A DNA stretch of 64,000 bases from Balanoglossus misakiensis (GCA_040954595.2 CM082595.2:7856317-7920316); one strand, 5' to 3'. Positions 14,247-27,800 are shown, counted from the stretch's first letter. Numbers and translations: made by a program. Notes: generated from the sequence alone by a model not told the origin.

Positions 14247-14980
14247 TACGGCAACCGAGAAGGCTCATGAAACAAGAATACTATTTGTGACTTTTTTTTT
14301 ACTTCTTGTTCGTTTTATTTTCTTTAACTTTGTTTTTAACTTTTAATTTCTGTTTAATTTTAACTTTAATTTTAACTTTAACTTTGATTTCCATTTCGAT
14401 TTTGATTTACGAAATAAAAAACGATCTAAATTTTGATTTCGATTTTGATTTCGATTTCGATTTTGATTTACGAAATAAAAAACGATCTAAATTTTGATTT
14501 CGATTTCGATTTCGATTTTGATTTCGATTTCGATTTTGATTTACGAAATAAAAAACGATCTAAATTTTGATTTCGATTTCGATTTCGATTTTGATTTCGA
14601 TTTCGATTTACGAAATAAAAAACGATCTAGATTTTGATTTTGATTTTGATTTCCATTTCGATTTTGATTTACGAAATGAAAAACGATCTGAATTTTGATT
14701 TCGATTTCGATTTTGATTTTGATTTTGATTTTGATTTCGATTTTGATTTCGATTTCGATTTCGATTTTGATTTTGATTTCGATTTCGAGTTCGATTTGGA
14801 TTTCGATTTCGATTTTGATTTCGATTTTGATTTTGATTTCGATTTTGATTTCGATTTCGATTTTGATTTCGATTTTGATTTTGATTTTGATTTTGATTTC
14901 GTTTTTCCAACCTTTGAACTTTGACCTTCGTGATTGTCACATGATACCTGTGGACCAATAAAAAAAGGCTTTATGTAAAT
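14247..14980 (+). repeat. Left terminal inverted repeat
   Basis: Unique 45-bp tip, T-rich block, 5 copies of a GATTTACGAAATAAAAAACGATCT module separated by TTTTGA/TTTCGA hexamers, a long hexamer array, then CAACCTTTGAACT...CTGTGGACCAAT...CTTTATG matching 38969-39045 inverted. Confidence 0.92.
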
Positions 14981-15536
14981 ATCCAGTATTGTTGAATCGG
15001 CTCGGAAATGGGAAGACAAATCCCAGCAGACAAAACTCTGGCGTGGAACGTAGCAGACAAAATACGTAATCCACTTTAAAACTTCAATTTTGGACAGTAG
15101 ACTTAAATATTACCTCAATTAAACTAATCGAAATTTAAATATCCTATATTTAGCTGGAAAAATCACGGCGCGGATGGAAATCGCCGACGAAAAATATACT
15201 CCCTTCGCGACCGTGCGTTACTTCCTGGTTAAACATTGTGTAAAGTGTGAGGCCACTGTCCTTTATCGGCAAAACAATACACATGTACTTTTAAAACCAC
15301 TGATGGTAGAAAAAAGACAGTCTCTGTTAAAAGAAATTTAGAAACATTTATAATCTACGTAAATTGGGATCTAAAAGACATTACATATTTCATTCAATAA
15401 TCAGTTTACTTGCATAAATTATATAAATGTATATGAGTACATGTACATGTACCTGTAAATTAAAATTCAACTTTGATTTTAACTTTTACTTTGATTTTCT
15501 CCGCTCACGGTTGCTTAATTTGTAGAATATGGCAAC

Positions 15537-15880
15537 TAAGGCCAAAAAAAGATCGTTTCTGGTCAGCGCGCGCATCACTTGGAAGTCCCCGCGTCGATCC
15601 CTTTTTTGCCCAACTGAACTTGTGTATAAACGTTAGCGAACTCGAAAAAGTCAGTTCGCCGCAAGATGAAAAGAAAACCTAAAATCATCCGCAGAAAGAG
15701 GAAATTCGTAAAAACGCGTGATGAATAACTGCATTTTCAACACTGATATATTGCAAAGCTGCATAGAAAGTTGACGATTTCACTGACTCTATTAAAAAAA
15801 AAAAATAATAATAATAATAATCGCGTCGCCGCACCATTTTTGAGAAATAGTCATGACCAGAAACATTTTTTTTTGGCCTA
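15537..15880. mobile_element. TAAGGCCAAAA-type MITE nested in the giant element
   Basis: TAAGGCCAAAAAAAGATCGTTTCTGGTCA ... TGACCAGAAACATTTTTTTTGGCCTA inverted ends. Confidence 0.7.
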
Positions 15881-16357
15881 ATAGTCTTAAGGAGGATCAT
15901 AATGACAGTTTTATGTTGCGACTTACAGGTGATTCTCTGACCATACGAATAGAATGATGGGCCATTTACCACATAATTTGGTAAAAACCATAACATGAAA
16001 TATTATTTAGTTTCAAACTAAAATATAAATTAGAAAATGCTCAGAGCCTTTAAACTAGTCTATGATAGTAACATAAAATTCATTGATTAACTCAAACATT
16101 TGCATTCAAATGTTAAATGTAACTGTACGGCTCTAAGGCACGTATAAGCAGTTTGTAGCTTCAAGTGTTATACCGTCCCATTGTCCCTGTCTCTACAAGT
16201 TGACCCCATCCTCGATCGGGATAGCTGAAAATCAGAGGTCAAAGGTCAAATACGATTAAAAGCTGTTTTTGGCATAAATTTGTCTAAATGTCTTTAATAT
16301 TTTGCGTTAAATCATTGCACATTTAGTTACTCTTTCACATGAAATAAAATGTGCAAA

Positions 16358-16445
16358 TCGATTTCGATTTTGATTTCGATTTTGATTTCGATTTCGATTT
16401 TGATTTTGATTTCGATTTCGTTTTTTCAACCTTTGAACTTTAACC
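16358..16445 (+). repeat. Third, internal copy of the TIR hexamer array and its inner junction
   Basis: (TTTCGA/TTTTGA)n followed by GTTTTTTCAACCTTTGAACTTTAACC, as at 14901-14926. Lacks the TACGG tip. Confidence 0.85.
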
Positions 16446-17343
16446 TTTGAACTTTAACCTTTTAACTTTAAGCGTTGGTGTTGTTGATGTGATGCGACGC
16501 GTTTCATCGTGTTTTGGATATTCTTCGCTCAGAAATATCGTATCACGTAAGTTTTTAGTGTTTTAACTTCTCTGATTTCGCATGGCGGGATAAATCAGGT
16601 GAATATAGGGAGGTCGGTACGGTGACCATAGCAAACGATCTTGTCCCGACGGCATGATCACGGGCCCGGCACTTGCTAGCTGCATAACCGTAGCGCGAGG
16701 TTTTGGCTGGGTTTGTGCATGTGGGTGGGTTGGCGTCCAACCCACAAGCCCAGGCAAAACCTCGAGCTACGGTACTGCAGCTACCCTACGAGTACATTTC
16801 GAGATTGTCCAGCTAGCGCCTCACAACTCCGCATCAAAACAGGTACGTTCAAAGAATGTTGACAGAAATGCGGGTCGGTTGAACAAACCAAACAATACCC
16901 TAAAGCTTGTGGCATATTAACTGCCTCGTAATTCATGCAAAATGCCCAAACTAGAAGTCATTTGCAGTGTCCTCAATGACCACTGAGTGACATCGACAGC
17001 AGCTTGAGTGACTTGTCTTTAGCTGAGTCAGGGTGTCGCTACGAGTATGGCCAGTAATTATTAGCTATACGTATCGCCCTATCCAAGTTTCAGTTACAAT
17101 TTAAGTTTTATGTAAGAGTGTTTTGTTTTGGCGCGATTGTGAATGTGACCGCCATAGAGCGCCGTAGAGAGCACCAGATCCGAGCAGTCCCTATGACATG
17201 TGGCAAACCAGGCAAAACCTTGAGTAGCTCTGCCATGCATTTACATTTGTCATTGCTGTTTACCTGGGTCTAAAAATAATTATGGAAAGAATCATTTTTA
17301 ATATTCTTTTTATATCCTGTACAGGTGTTAAGATAGTATCACT

Positions 17344-20300
17344 ATGAAAATTTCTGAGTACATAGAACATTTGGTTATAAGAGGAAAAGATAATAAAACT
17401 ATCCTCAAGTATCTACAGAAAGATCATGGCATTTCCTGGAGGTAATGTATATATCTGCCAATTGTAGTACCAGGGTATTACCTAAAAATCATAAAGAGCA
17501 CTAAAATGGCCACTCATTGCTTTTAACTTTGAAAATGTCTTTTGGGTCCACAAGACATGACATACTACATATACACACATGTATGCATGTTGATTTGTGT
17601 CATACAAACCAATATGGCTGCTGGACGACCATTTTCTTACATTTTTTTCATGTCATTTCTATGTCTGAACTGATTTTATGCAAACTTAGTACAAGGACAA
17701 TGTAAACAGCTAGAAAGCACATGAGATTTACGGACAAGCCTGTAACATGCCCTGAAAAATAACCTCTGCCACAGGGCATGTAAAATTGGTCAGATTTAAG
17801 TGTAGTATGCACAGGCCTGAATCAGACCTTATGGTACAGGGATGTATACAGTAGGGTAATTTCTGACTGTATCCAGTCTTGTGTACACAGGACTGAATCA
17901 CTGGTGTACGTATAGTGTTGTGTTAGTGGGCCTGATTCAGTGTCTGAAAATTCACAAGATTTCGGGGGTGTAATATTTTCAGGAAAATGTGCCAATTTTG
18001 ATGATAGAAGAGTGAACAGTAATATTTGTGTTCACACTAAAAAAACTCAGACCCTGTCACAGGTCTGTGTTCACAGCACTGTATACAGTCCTGTACTATA
18101 TACTGGTATTTTGACAGGCATAAGTTTCAGACCCTGTCATGTTATGATGTGTCCACAGCACTGTATACAGTAATGTTCTCACAGTACTGGATGCAGACCA
18201 GTACAGCAGTCCCTGTATCGGCAGGCTACATGACTCACAACTCCCAAATTGCTTTATTTTACAATTTTTTTTTTCATAGTTTGAGTACATTGAAGAGAAG
18301 ACTGTTAGTATTTGGTATAAAAAGACACCAGAGAGTTAGCCCTGATGATGTTCGAATGGCAGTTAAGGTCAGTAACAGTAATATAAGATGCAGTGATATT
18401 ACATGACATTATGAGGTTAAAGCTCAATATAACTTGTTTGTTGGGTCATATTGCAATGGGCCATGTCACGTGAGTCGAAGACGAGTTTTATGCAGCCAAT
18501 GACCACACAAGTGGTGACATTACCATGCGAACAGGTGATATTGAGCTATAACCTTTTTATCATATTGAAATACCGTATTTTTGGCAATTTTTGGTCGTAA
18601 AATCTATTTTTCTGAAATTGAATAGCAAATTGCTTTGAACTTTGCTTTGCAGGTTCTTATTGCTCCCTGGTGGAAAGTGAAAATACAGTATATATTTGTC
18701 AGAGCATAATGTATAATGTGATGCTTCTTTGTCTCCTCAGGCAGAATTGCAAGGGCCAGGCAGATTACTTGGGATTAAGGCAATGTACAAGCGCATACGT
18801 CAAAAGCATAGAATTTTCGCCACAAGGTAAATGTGATCAAGTTATTTTTTGTGTTTCAATTACCCCTTGAATTTTGAGTATAGTTACTATGGTAAAAATG
18901 TAGTAATTTCACCACAGTTTTCTTTTTAGGTTCAACCCTGACACCTGAAATCAATATATCTTGGGAGACTTATAAATTAGGCTCTGGCTGTCCTTCTCTC
19001 CACAGCCACTACTCAGACATGCATGAACCAATTTCAGTTGGGCTTGGCATAACTCGTACTACAAGGACAATGTAACATATGGTACATAATTGTACATGTC
19101 AATTTGTTTTTGTGACACAATCCAATTTCGCTGACAAGTAGCCATTTTCTGAAAAAAAAATTCATGTCTAGAGCCATTATTTCGAATGGCCAGTCTAATT
19201 GCATCATACAGAGGTTGTGTTTAGGCAAAAAATATGCATAATTGACACCAAAAAAAAAACATTTGACGCAAAAATCTGATGAGTGCATCAATATTGACAC
19301 ATGTAAAGTTGCTACATCGTTTGATTATTGAGGTTGACGCACTGTTGAGCAGGACAAAAATTGCTACTGCGACCTCTGATCATAGCATACATTCATATGT
19401 ATGTCAATATGCTTTGTGAAATTCTCGAATGTGGCCACCAGGTGTCATCCAGACGGCTGCCATTTTCGTTGAGTGTTTGATCTGACATGATCTTATGAGA
19501 TTCATACTTTCTTGAGGAAGTTTGTTGTCATAGCTGTAATAAAAATAAAAATATGAAACATGGGTGTTCAGATCCTGTGTCCACATTGCCTTCGCTGTTT
19601 ACCATCAAGATATTGTAGATACACAGGCGCACGTGTGCTGGATTGGCTAGCTGTTAACAGCCATTGCCAGCGATAGCTGGTATAGTATGTCCGTGGCTGA
19701 GACACAGTGACACTGACAGTCTTCTGAAATGCCAAAAAATGGCTAATCAGTTTCTAATTTGACAAATTGAATTCCGGTGTCATTAGTTAAAATGGCTCAT
19801 GCTTTAAAAAGCCTACTGCTAACACAATAGGTATACCTGTTAGGGTAAATACATAGGAAGGTGTGAATGTTTAAGGTACTTTGACTACAGGCATGGGAGT
19901 AGAAAGGTGGTTAGTTAACATATAATGCACCATGCTGAACATATATGAAAGTGGTGCCAAAGTTGTGCTAAGAAAGTGCTGGCACACTGTCAGCATTTTG
20001 CTATGTTTTACTGTATCCGTGTGGTAGGTAGGGTGTGTATGTATGTATGCATGGAGATAAGTAGGCATATATGTGTTAGTGAAGGCATACATGTTCTTCT
20101 GATTATAAATTCTGAATTTACTTATGCGGAAAAAAATACATGCAATATTATTTACATTGGCATGGCTGATAATTTCCTTGACTCGTCTTTTGGTTAATAG
20201 AGATCAGGTGGAAGCTATCATGGTAGAGCTCTGTTATGATAACATGCTGGAAAGGCGAGGAGGGCGACTTATTTGCCAGCGCCGGAAGTACTATTCAGAG

Positions 20301-23300
20301 GTGTAGTTAAGTATTTAAAAATTTCAGATTTGTAATTTTTAGCTCTCATTTTCCATTATTTAGGGTGACAAGAGCTTATGTGATAAAACAGCGTCTGTCT
20401 GTGTGGCTTTCTTACTGTTTGGCTGGCTGTATGTATGTATGTATGTACCTGTATGTATGTATGTAGCAAGTAACTGCAAAAACTCGAGAACCGTTGATAT
20501 CTTCATATTTGGTGTAGAGATTCATAATGAATGATTAGCAATCAATAACTCAGAAATTGTTGGTTTTGATGAATTCATATTTTATTTATAGTTATTTAAG
20601 GAAAAGCCTATAATACACATTTCTTCATTTTGAATTTATCTATATTTTTAAAAATGTTTGTCCGAAATTTTACTTCTTGTTCTATACCTTTGAAATTTTG
20701 TTTGCAGATTTTTAGGGAAATGCTTTGGAATTCTTCGAATGTTCTCATTTTCATTACTAGATGAGAGACATGTGATACCATCTTAAGCTTTCCTTTCCGA
20801 TATTTTTTGTCCTTTGACCCTTCTAACTCAAAACTTCATCCTTAAAGTGCATGTTATATCAACAGTTCGTGCTTGTTTTTTCAGGGCCCAAATTGGGTTT
20901 GGCATATGGATGGGTATGATAAATTGATGGGCTTCAGAAAGTCTGAATATCCATTTGCTATACATGGGTGTATTGATGGATTCTCTCGGAAAATTATTTG
21001 GCTGAGGGTGTACAGCACAAATAACAACCCACATGTTATTGGAAAATACTACTATGATGCTGTGTCTGAAAATTTATGTAAGTCATTTTATGTTTAGTAA
21101 TTTATGTGTCAGGTTGTAAAGTTCTCTTCGAAAGTCAAAGGCTTAAATTTTTTGTCAAATTTTGTTCAAGGCAACTACAGATTATTCTCTTTTACATTGT
21201 AATTAATATTGAGAATAATAATTGTTCACCGTGCAAAATTCTGAATTAGAGGGCCATATTGTCTTACAGTTGACATTCAAAATGGCTGCCAATGTCTGAG
21301 TTAAACCATATGGAGAAATATTAAATAAACGGTTTTTATGAAAACAAGTTGGTGAACGCAATATGTTCTTCTTTCTTTTCAAAAATACTCACACAATTTA
21401 TTAAAGAATGGAAAGATATCATTATTCTGAAAATCTGTTCCTGAGTTGCGTACTACCTTAAAGCAACATGCAGACCTACCTCATATGATGCGTATGTTTT
21501 TTTCTCATAATAGGCTGTCGGCCTAAGGGATACACCATTAGATCTTGGGGGGGGGGGGGGTGGTCAGAAGTGAATAAAAAAATATGCGAAGAGAAAATCA
21601 CGAAAAAAAAATAAAAATCAGACCCATTAGCCCCCAAAAAATACAGAAACCATAAATGTGACAGAAAATAAATTTGCAAAATGCCACTTAAATCCGGTAT
21701 TTGATATTAAAGTGTGAGATTCTACCATCAAAGTATAATTTTTCGGCGCGACCTTCGGTCACATTCAGTAACTTTTAAACTTTTGATGTTTTTCACGCTA
21801 TTTTTGATCTGTAGAATAACCGCAGTTTCTTATTCTACTCATGTCTTTTTGATGTAGTGTGCCCATCTCGAACTCGTTCGGATCATGGAACTGAAATGGT
21901 GGAACTGGCTGAATCTCAAATGTTCCTTAGAAGAAATCACACAGATGTGTATGCCTTTGACAAAGCTCACAAGTATGGGTCTTCAACTTCTAACCAGGTA
22001 CACATGCCTAAACTGATTTATTTTGTTGCAATATTATCAAATATGGTCCCTGTTGCCAATTTGCCTTCAGTTTTCACTTCGACATGCCTGAGCAACTTTC
22101 ATCAAGATTTTGCACAATGACAATATACATATGCATGGAAGATCATGTTTCTTTATAAGATTCAATATTGCTTCCCGGTAAGCTCCCAAGTACATGCCTA
22201 GCAATAGACACGCTAGAACTGAATATGCTGCAGCTGGAACTTGGTGCAAACATAGTGTATTAAGTGTATACTGAGGCATGTACATGCAGACCAATTTCTT
22301 TCTTCACCACAACTATAGCTATAAGTTCTACACATCTGAATTGATTTTCTAAATCAGAGTGAACCACTGAAACAGAAGAATGGAAACGAAGTTGTAGAAT
22401 GAATAATGTAAATTATTGTATACTCAGTTGTTATTTGTGATGACGTTTGAAAAAAAAGCAGGACGTAGGTTTTTTGCGTAATGTTATTGATAAGTAAATT
22501 GTATATATGCTTTTGTCATTAAATCTATAGTGTATTGAAAGCTGGTGGGCTCAACTAAGAAAATCCAGTACACAGTACTGGAGAGAAGAATTTAAGGTTA
22601 GACAAATATGTGTTTAAAAATATGATGAATATTGGTTTTAAATAAGACCAAAATGATTGGCAGTTTGTTATAAATTTTTCACCTCCATAAAAGTTGGACT
22701 GGCCATCATTGTGTGTTGTCTGTCTGACCATCAGCTTTTTGCTTTTTCTCAGAAGTTTTTCCTGCTGTAAAAATGGATAGCAATATGACTGTAACTTGTG
22801 TAAGGTGGTGCTGTATCCGTCATCTGTGCACATATATACATATGTATGTGTGTGTGTGTGTGTTCAATACAAAAAATAAAGAACTGCTGCACATTTCCTC
22901 TGGGGATTTTGTTCAAATGAGAAGGCGTCATTAGTAAAAAAGAAATTTATTTGATGATTGGTAAACAATTCCTCCAGAATGTGTATAATGAGTGACAGCA
23001 TGAAATTAAGCAGCTCATTTGAAAAGTTTTAAGTTTGGCAAAAAATGTCATTAAAACTGCAGCACCCTGAATCAAACAGAACCATACTGTCTATAAATTG
23101 TCAGATGATGGGCTTTTGTCAATTCACCTTCGATTTTCCTTATTCAGACATTAAAAGACCAATCACTGTATGATTCAAGTAATCCAATAGATAGGTAAGA
23201 TGTAATTTTTCACACAAATCTGCATTTTATGTATTGAACAGTCATATTTATCATTTGCAATACAAAGTTAGGGTATCTCAACATATAAATTTGATGACTT

Positions 23301-24625
23301 GTATGATACACTTCATTCAATTTGTAGGCCTGATTTAAATTTTATAAATATAAAACAACCCTACTAGATAAACATGACAACAGTTGTAAAATGCGCATTC
23401 AGTTTTGGACTGCTGTGACTATTATAAATGCAAGCTCCAGTGTTATAATAGCATGTACATTTACTCTGCTATATGGCATATTATTTTTGAATTTATCTTC
23501 CTGTTCTCATCTTTCATTTTCAGAAAATGCCTCATGTATGTATACATGCCCCTTCTTCAACATGAATTGACAGAATTTGCTGATGAATGGAACTCGCATA
23601 GAATACGTGCACAGAAAAGGCAACAACGACCACATGGTATTCCTGAAGATTTATACAAGTTCCCAGAAGAGTTCGGTAAGTATAATGCTGTTTTGGAGGG
23701 CAAGATTTGTATGGATTTCTGAGATAAATTTCAACTATATCGGTGAATGTTAACTTTAACCTTATTAATTTATGTTTAGGAAATGTTTAATCCCACAGAT
23801 GGCCACTCAAATTGAATGTTTGAATTTAGTGTTCCTACATAATGTTTATGTATGCCATGACTTATGTTGAGATCCAAATTTATTGCTAAGTTGAAAAAAA
23901 AATCTCCATGAATGAAACTTGTTCTAAAGATATTAAAAGTTTGGCAAAGGAAATTTACAACCTGAATCATCTCCAGTTCAACAGAACAGTGGTATTCAAG
24001 ATACAACTCTTAACATTGTTATCTCGACTTTCCTTCATGTTTACTTACCTGTTGCAGTTTTGTGTAAATGGGTTAGTAGTATGAGGGATAACCGTAAATG
24101 TTTTCATTGCAGTTTGAAAGATGATGTTTTACTGATAACTGACAAATAAGTTGATACACATCTGTACTATCATAGTGGATTAGGTACAGTGGTATATGTA
24201 CCACATGACAAGATTCAGGGACATTACTACATCAACAATGTTATAGCATGGCCTTTGTTTCATTTGCTGTGCCACAAAATGTACATAAATAGCTTTGTAT
24301 CATAAAAGTGCCTTTTTTGCCATTCCAAATTTTAATGGCTAGTATCAGTATGTCAACAATGTAAAGTAAACCATGGGATATTCTTAACACTTTTCCTTTA
24401 ACTTACATTAACACAGATGCACAGGAGATGGGGTTTGTTGTGAACAGAAGAGATTTGGCAACATTGGCTGAACGAGGAGGCTATGATGAGCAGCTGCCTC
24501 ATTATCTGTCTCCGTCTTTTGTACAAGATTCAGAAAATGAAGTGTACAGCGTTTTTGATCACATTACTTTGAATAATGCCAAACAGGTGTACATTTACTT
24601 GAGGTACCTGTTTTCCCAACATTGA
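17344..24625 (+). CDS. IS3/integrase-family DDE transposase, 10 coding exons, 392 aa
   Basis: GT-AG exons 17344-17441, 18280-18367, 18741-18826, 20201-20300, 20885-21077, 21858-21997, 22531-22596, 23148-23194, 23524-23675 and 24417-24625 sum to 1179 bp in frame. N-terminal HTH/Clr5-like HGISWSLSTLKRRL; ELQGPGRLLGIKAM; catalytic GPNWVWHMDG(D), IHGCIDGFSRKIIWL, PSRTRSDHGTE(D), NQCIESWW(E); WNSHRIR; PHGIP. Confidence 0.88.
18413..18555. repeat. Hairpin repeat in transposase intron 2
   Basis: AGGTTAAAGCTCAATATAAC...GAGTCGAAGACGAG...GTGATATTGAGCTATAACCT inverted arms, with a loop resembling that of the 25590 family. Confidence 0.5.
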
Positions 24626-24865
24626 TGTCTGTATAAGGTGGGTTCATGCTACCTACATGATTTTAACACAACTGACCAAAAATCAGTGTGTTGTAGTAGT
24701 TGTGTTGGAGCTGAAAAGATGTAGGACAGTGAGAATTTTATCTGTAAATGACAAAAAGACAAACACTGCTGAATGGAGTAAGTCAATATTTAATACAGTT
24801 GTTTAGATGGCAGTGAAGGTTCTTAACTGAGAAAATGGAGTGAAATTGAGCATTCATAGTCTGCA

Positions 24866-27800
24866 TCAAGCGGGATCCTCCGACAACAGCACAGCATCAT
24901 CACCTTCGCTTGAAGACTTAAGTGTAACCTGCAGAATCACAACAACCATCATTAAAATCTATACTCCACAAAATATCACCCAAAACTTGTATTACAGTGT
25001 TGCCTCAGGCCATTTTTTTTGCTGTAAGCCATTCTGGCTAATCTGACTTAGCCAGATGATGTGCTAGCTGGCTCATGTTTTTGTATTTGCTCAGTTTTCT
25101 ATTCACAGATAAGAAAAAAAATATACTGTATATATACATACACACTTCCCCAGCCTATATGATAAGCTTCTATTGTCATGTGTATACAGCAAATGGAAGC
25201 TAAATTAGTTGAACAAAGGCACTTACCTCTGATAACGTATACTTGGCCAAAGATGGCGACATAACTTGTAGAGCTGGATAAAACAAAAAGTAAAATGTTC
25301 TCTGTATTTCCATGGTTCATGTAGACATTTCACCTTTTCATTAAATGTTATGTTATGAAAGGTAACTAGTTACTACATTACTGTTTTTTTTAACTTAAAC
25401 ATGCATACATACATACACTGATCCCACAAGGTCCCACTCGTATAATATGGAGCTAAAACTAACAGAATCATGTTGAAATTGTCAATTATTTTGAGAGGAA
25501 AAAAATATTTGCAAATTAATAATAATATCAATATCACAGAGCCAAGTGCTTTCTAAGGGTTCATTTGTATATTTGAATGAAGTATTTAAGCAATAATCCC
25601 CGCCGCAGGCGGGTATACACGAGATTTTGGTACAATTCGAGACATATAGCACGAGCCGTAAGGCGAGTGCTATATGGTAGCGAATTGTACCAAAATCTCG
25701 TGTATACCCGACTGAGGCGGGGGTTATTGCTATTATATTATATCAACAATTGATTTCTGTGGCATATCAGTGTCGTTTTCATAACGAAACAACGTCAGAA
25801 AGAAAAATTACGATCGTGAACCAACATGGCGACGATTAATGTAAACACGAGCGGCCCGAGATCGAGCATTCAACATGAAGCAGACGACAAAAAGTGACAA
25901 AAGTGAAAAATATTCAGAGCAGAGCAGTTCCAAAATAAAACGTCCGTAAATTCAAGTGTTTTTATGTTATTTATTTGGTTTAATCCCGTGCAACTGTGGT
26001 TTAACCACACATTTTCCCTGCTGCATGCTAGTTCAGGGGCAAGTTTTACCACTGCCAGCAATGGTAAAACAGTATTTCACCATCGCTCTCGTCCAATCAG
26101 AATCGCAGATGGTAGCATGATATAATATAATACAATTTAGGTGTATAATACCTCACCTGGTAATCTTATCATGTCACAGTATCGTGAACATATGTGCCCA
26201 TTGGCGAACGGAACAATTGCTTCTCTGGCGCAATTATCAACGCCAAACACCCTGTTGAATGCAATTTGTAGGTAAAAATTTGCTTTAAAAAATAAAAAAC
26301 AAGCGCCCTAGTGGCCAATAGAGATCCACTGTAATATTGACATAACATCATAGTTATACAGGAAACATTTGTTAAGAATTTTTGCATTAAAACTATCAAA
26401 GTTGACTCAGCTTTTTTATGGTGATTACTGTATAACCCCCCCCCCCAAAAAAAAAAGACACAATATCCTTACAGACCTAATTTTGTCAATTTAAAGGGGA
26501 AATCCGTCGTAGCTGATTTCTACATAATTTGGTAGCTTTGATGTCACTCTTTCAGAAAAAAACATATTCGCCATGTATAGGTCGCGCGATTTTTTACAAA
26601 ATCTAGGGAAAGTTGGCAAAATTTCCAATATGGCGTTTACTGTAATTTGAATCATGGGAAATAGTCAATGTACATTGTAAGTTACTGTAAATAAAAAAAT
26701 GTTAATTTTTTATTTAAAATTGCTTGTACTTACATTGCGTTTTCGTTGTTGTCAAGTAGCGACCAACTTGCTGGAGCTACATCAGTCAGTCGGTAACCAA
26801 CTCCTACATTGTCAAAAATACAAGGTTCAAAGAGTTGGCAGGTATTAAATTCTACATACATTTACTACATAATATGTTGCATGGCCAAATAAATTAATAC
26901 CCCAGCCATTTAAATAAAGAAGGAAATTGAAGTCGTTCATGAATGTCTTTGTGCCAAATTTGGATGGAAAAGCTATTAATAGTTAACACCTAAATAACAA
27001 TTCTGCCCTAAAATGACCTATATATTTGGTTGAGGGATTCTTGGGATATCAACTAAGAACGCATTAATATGAAATGGGCTAATAATTAACATGTCCACCA
27101 AAATTTCATTCTACCGGTATAAGGGTAATATTATAGTATAATTAAACTGTTTGAAAGTTATGTCCAATTTGTTCAAAATCACAGTGTTGCATTTTAGCCA
27201 TACACAGTCACAAGTATTTCAAATGGTATGCTAAACAAAATGAATTATTATGAAAACCCACCTTGAAGGTCTGTGATGAGGAATCTGTTGTCAAATTTGT
27301 TCATCACCCAGTGTGCGAATGTGCTCAATTTTTCTCTTATCTCCATGTCACCACCCAACATGGCACCCATGTTGTTCATATATTTAATATATGGTCCAGG
27401 CAAAAATTCTTCCAAAGTAAAGTACTTCTCTCCTGCTTTAAGCAGGTAACAAGGGATAATGCTAGAAAATACAAGTAAAAAATAAGCAGTTTTAAAAATC
27501 ATTTTGCTTGAATAATGTGAAGAAATAGAAAATTTATGTGAAAGAATTATTACCAATGACTTCCATGTGTGAACATGGAGTATGGATTCCACGAAAACAT
27601 GCGTGAAAGTATTAAAAGTCTGGCAATTTTGTTTTGATACCTCATATGAAGTCAAGTGCATCTTTGAAAATTGGGGGAGGGAAGCAGTACATGTGGGCCT
27701 TCGAAATAACGAACATGGTTTACATTGTTAGGTGCAATGAGTATGAGTGTATAATATGGCATTACAAATGAGCTGATGTGATGCAGTCTCACAAAGTTGT

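Noticed and set aside
14244-14250. CACTA at the left end suggesting an EnSpm/CACTA element
   Set aside because: The right end reads GTAGTA, not TAGTG. CAC belongs to the GTACAC TSD and the transposase is integrase/IS3-type.
14400-14700. Repeat-spacer-like array resembling CRISPR
   Set aside because: The spacers are just variable numbers of the same hexamer, the context is eukaryotic, there are no cas genes, and the array is part of the TIR.
14608-15019. SKSKSK / DFDFDF / NQNRN ORFs (also 38943-39246)
   Set aside because: Artefacts of the stop-free hexamer arrays in the TIRs.
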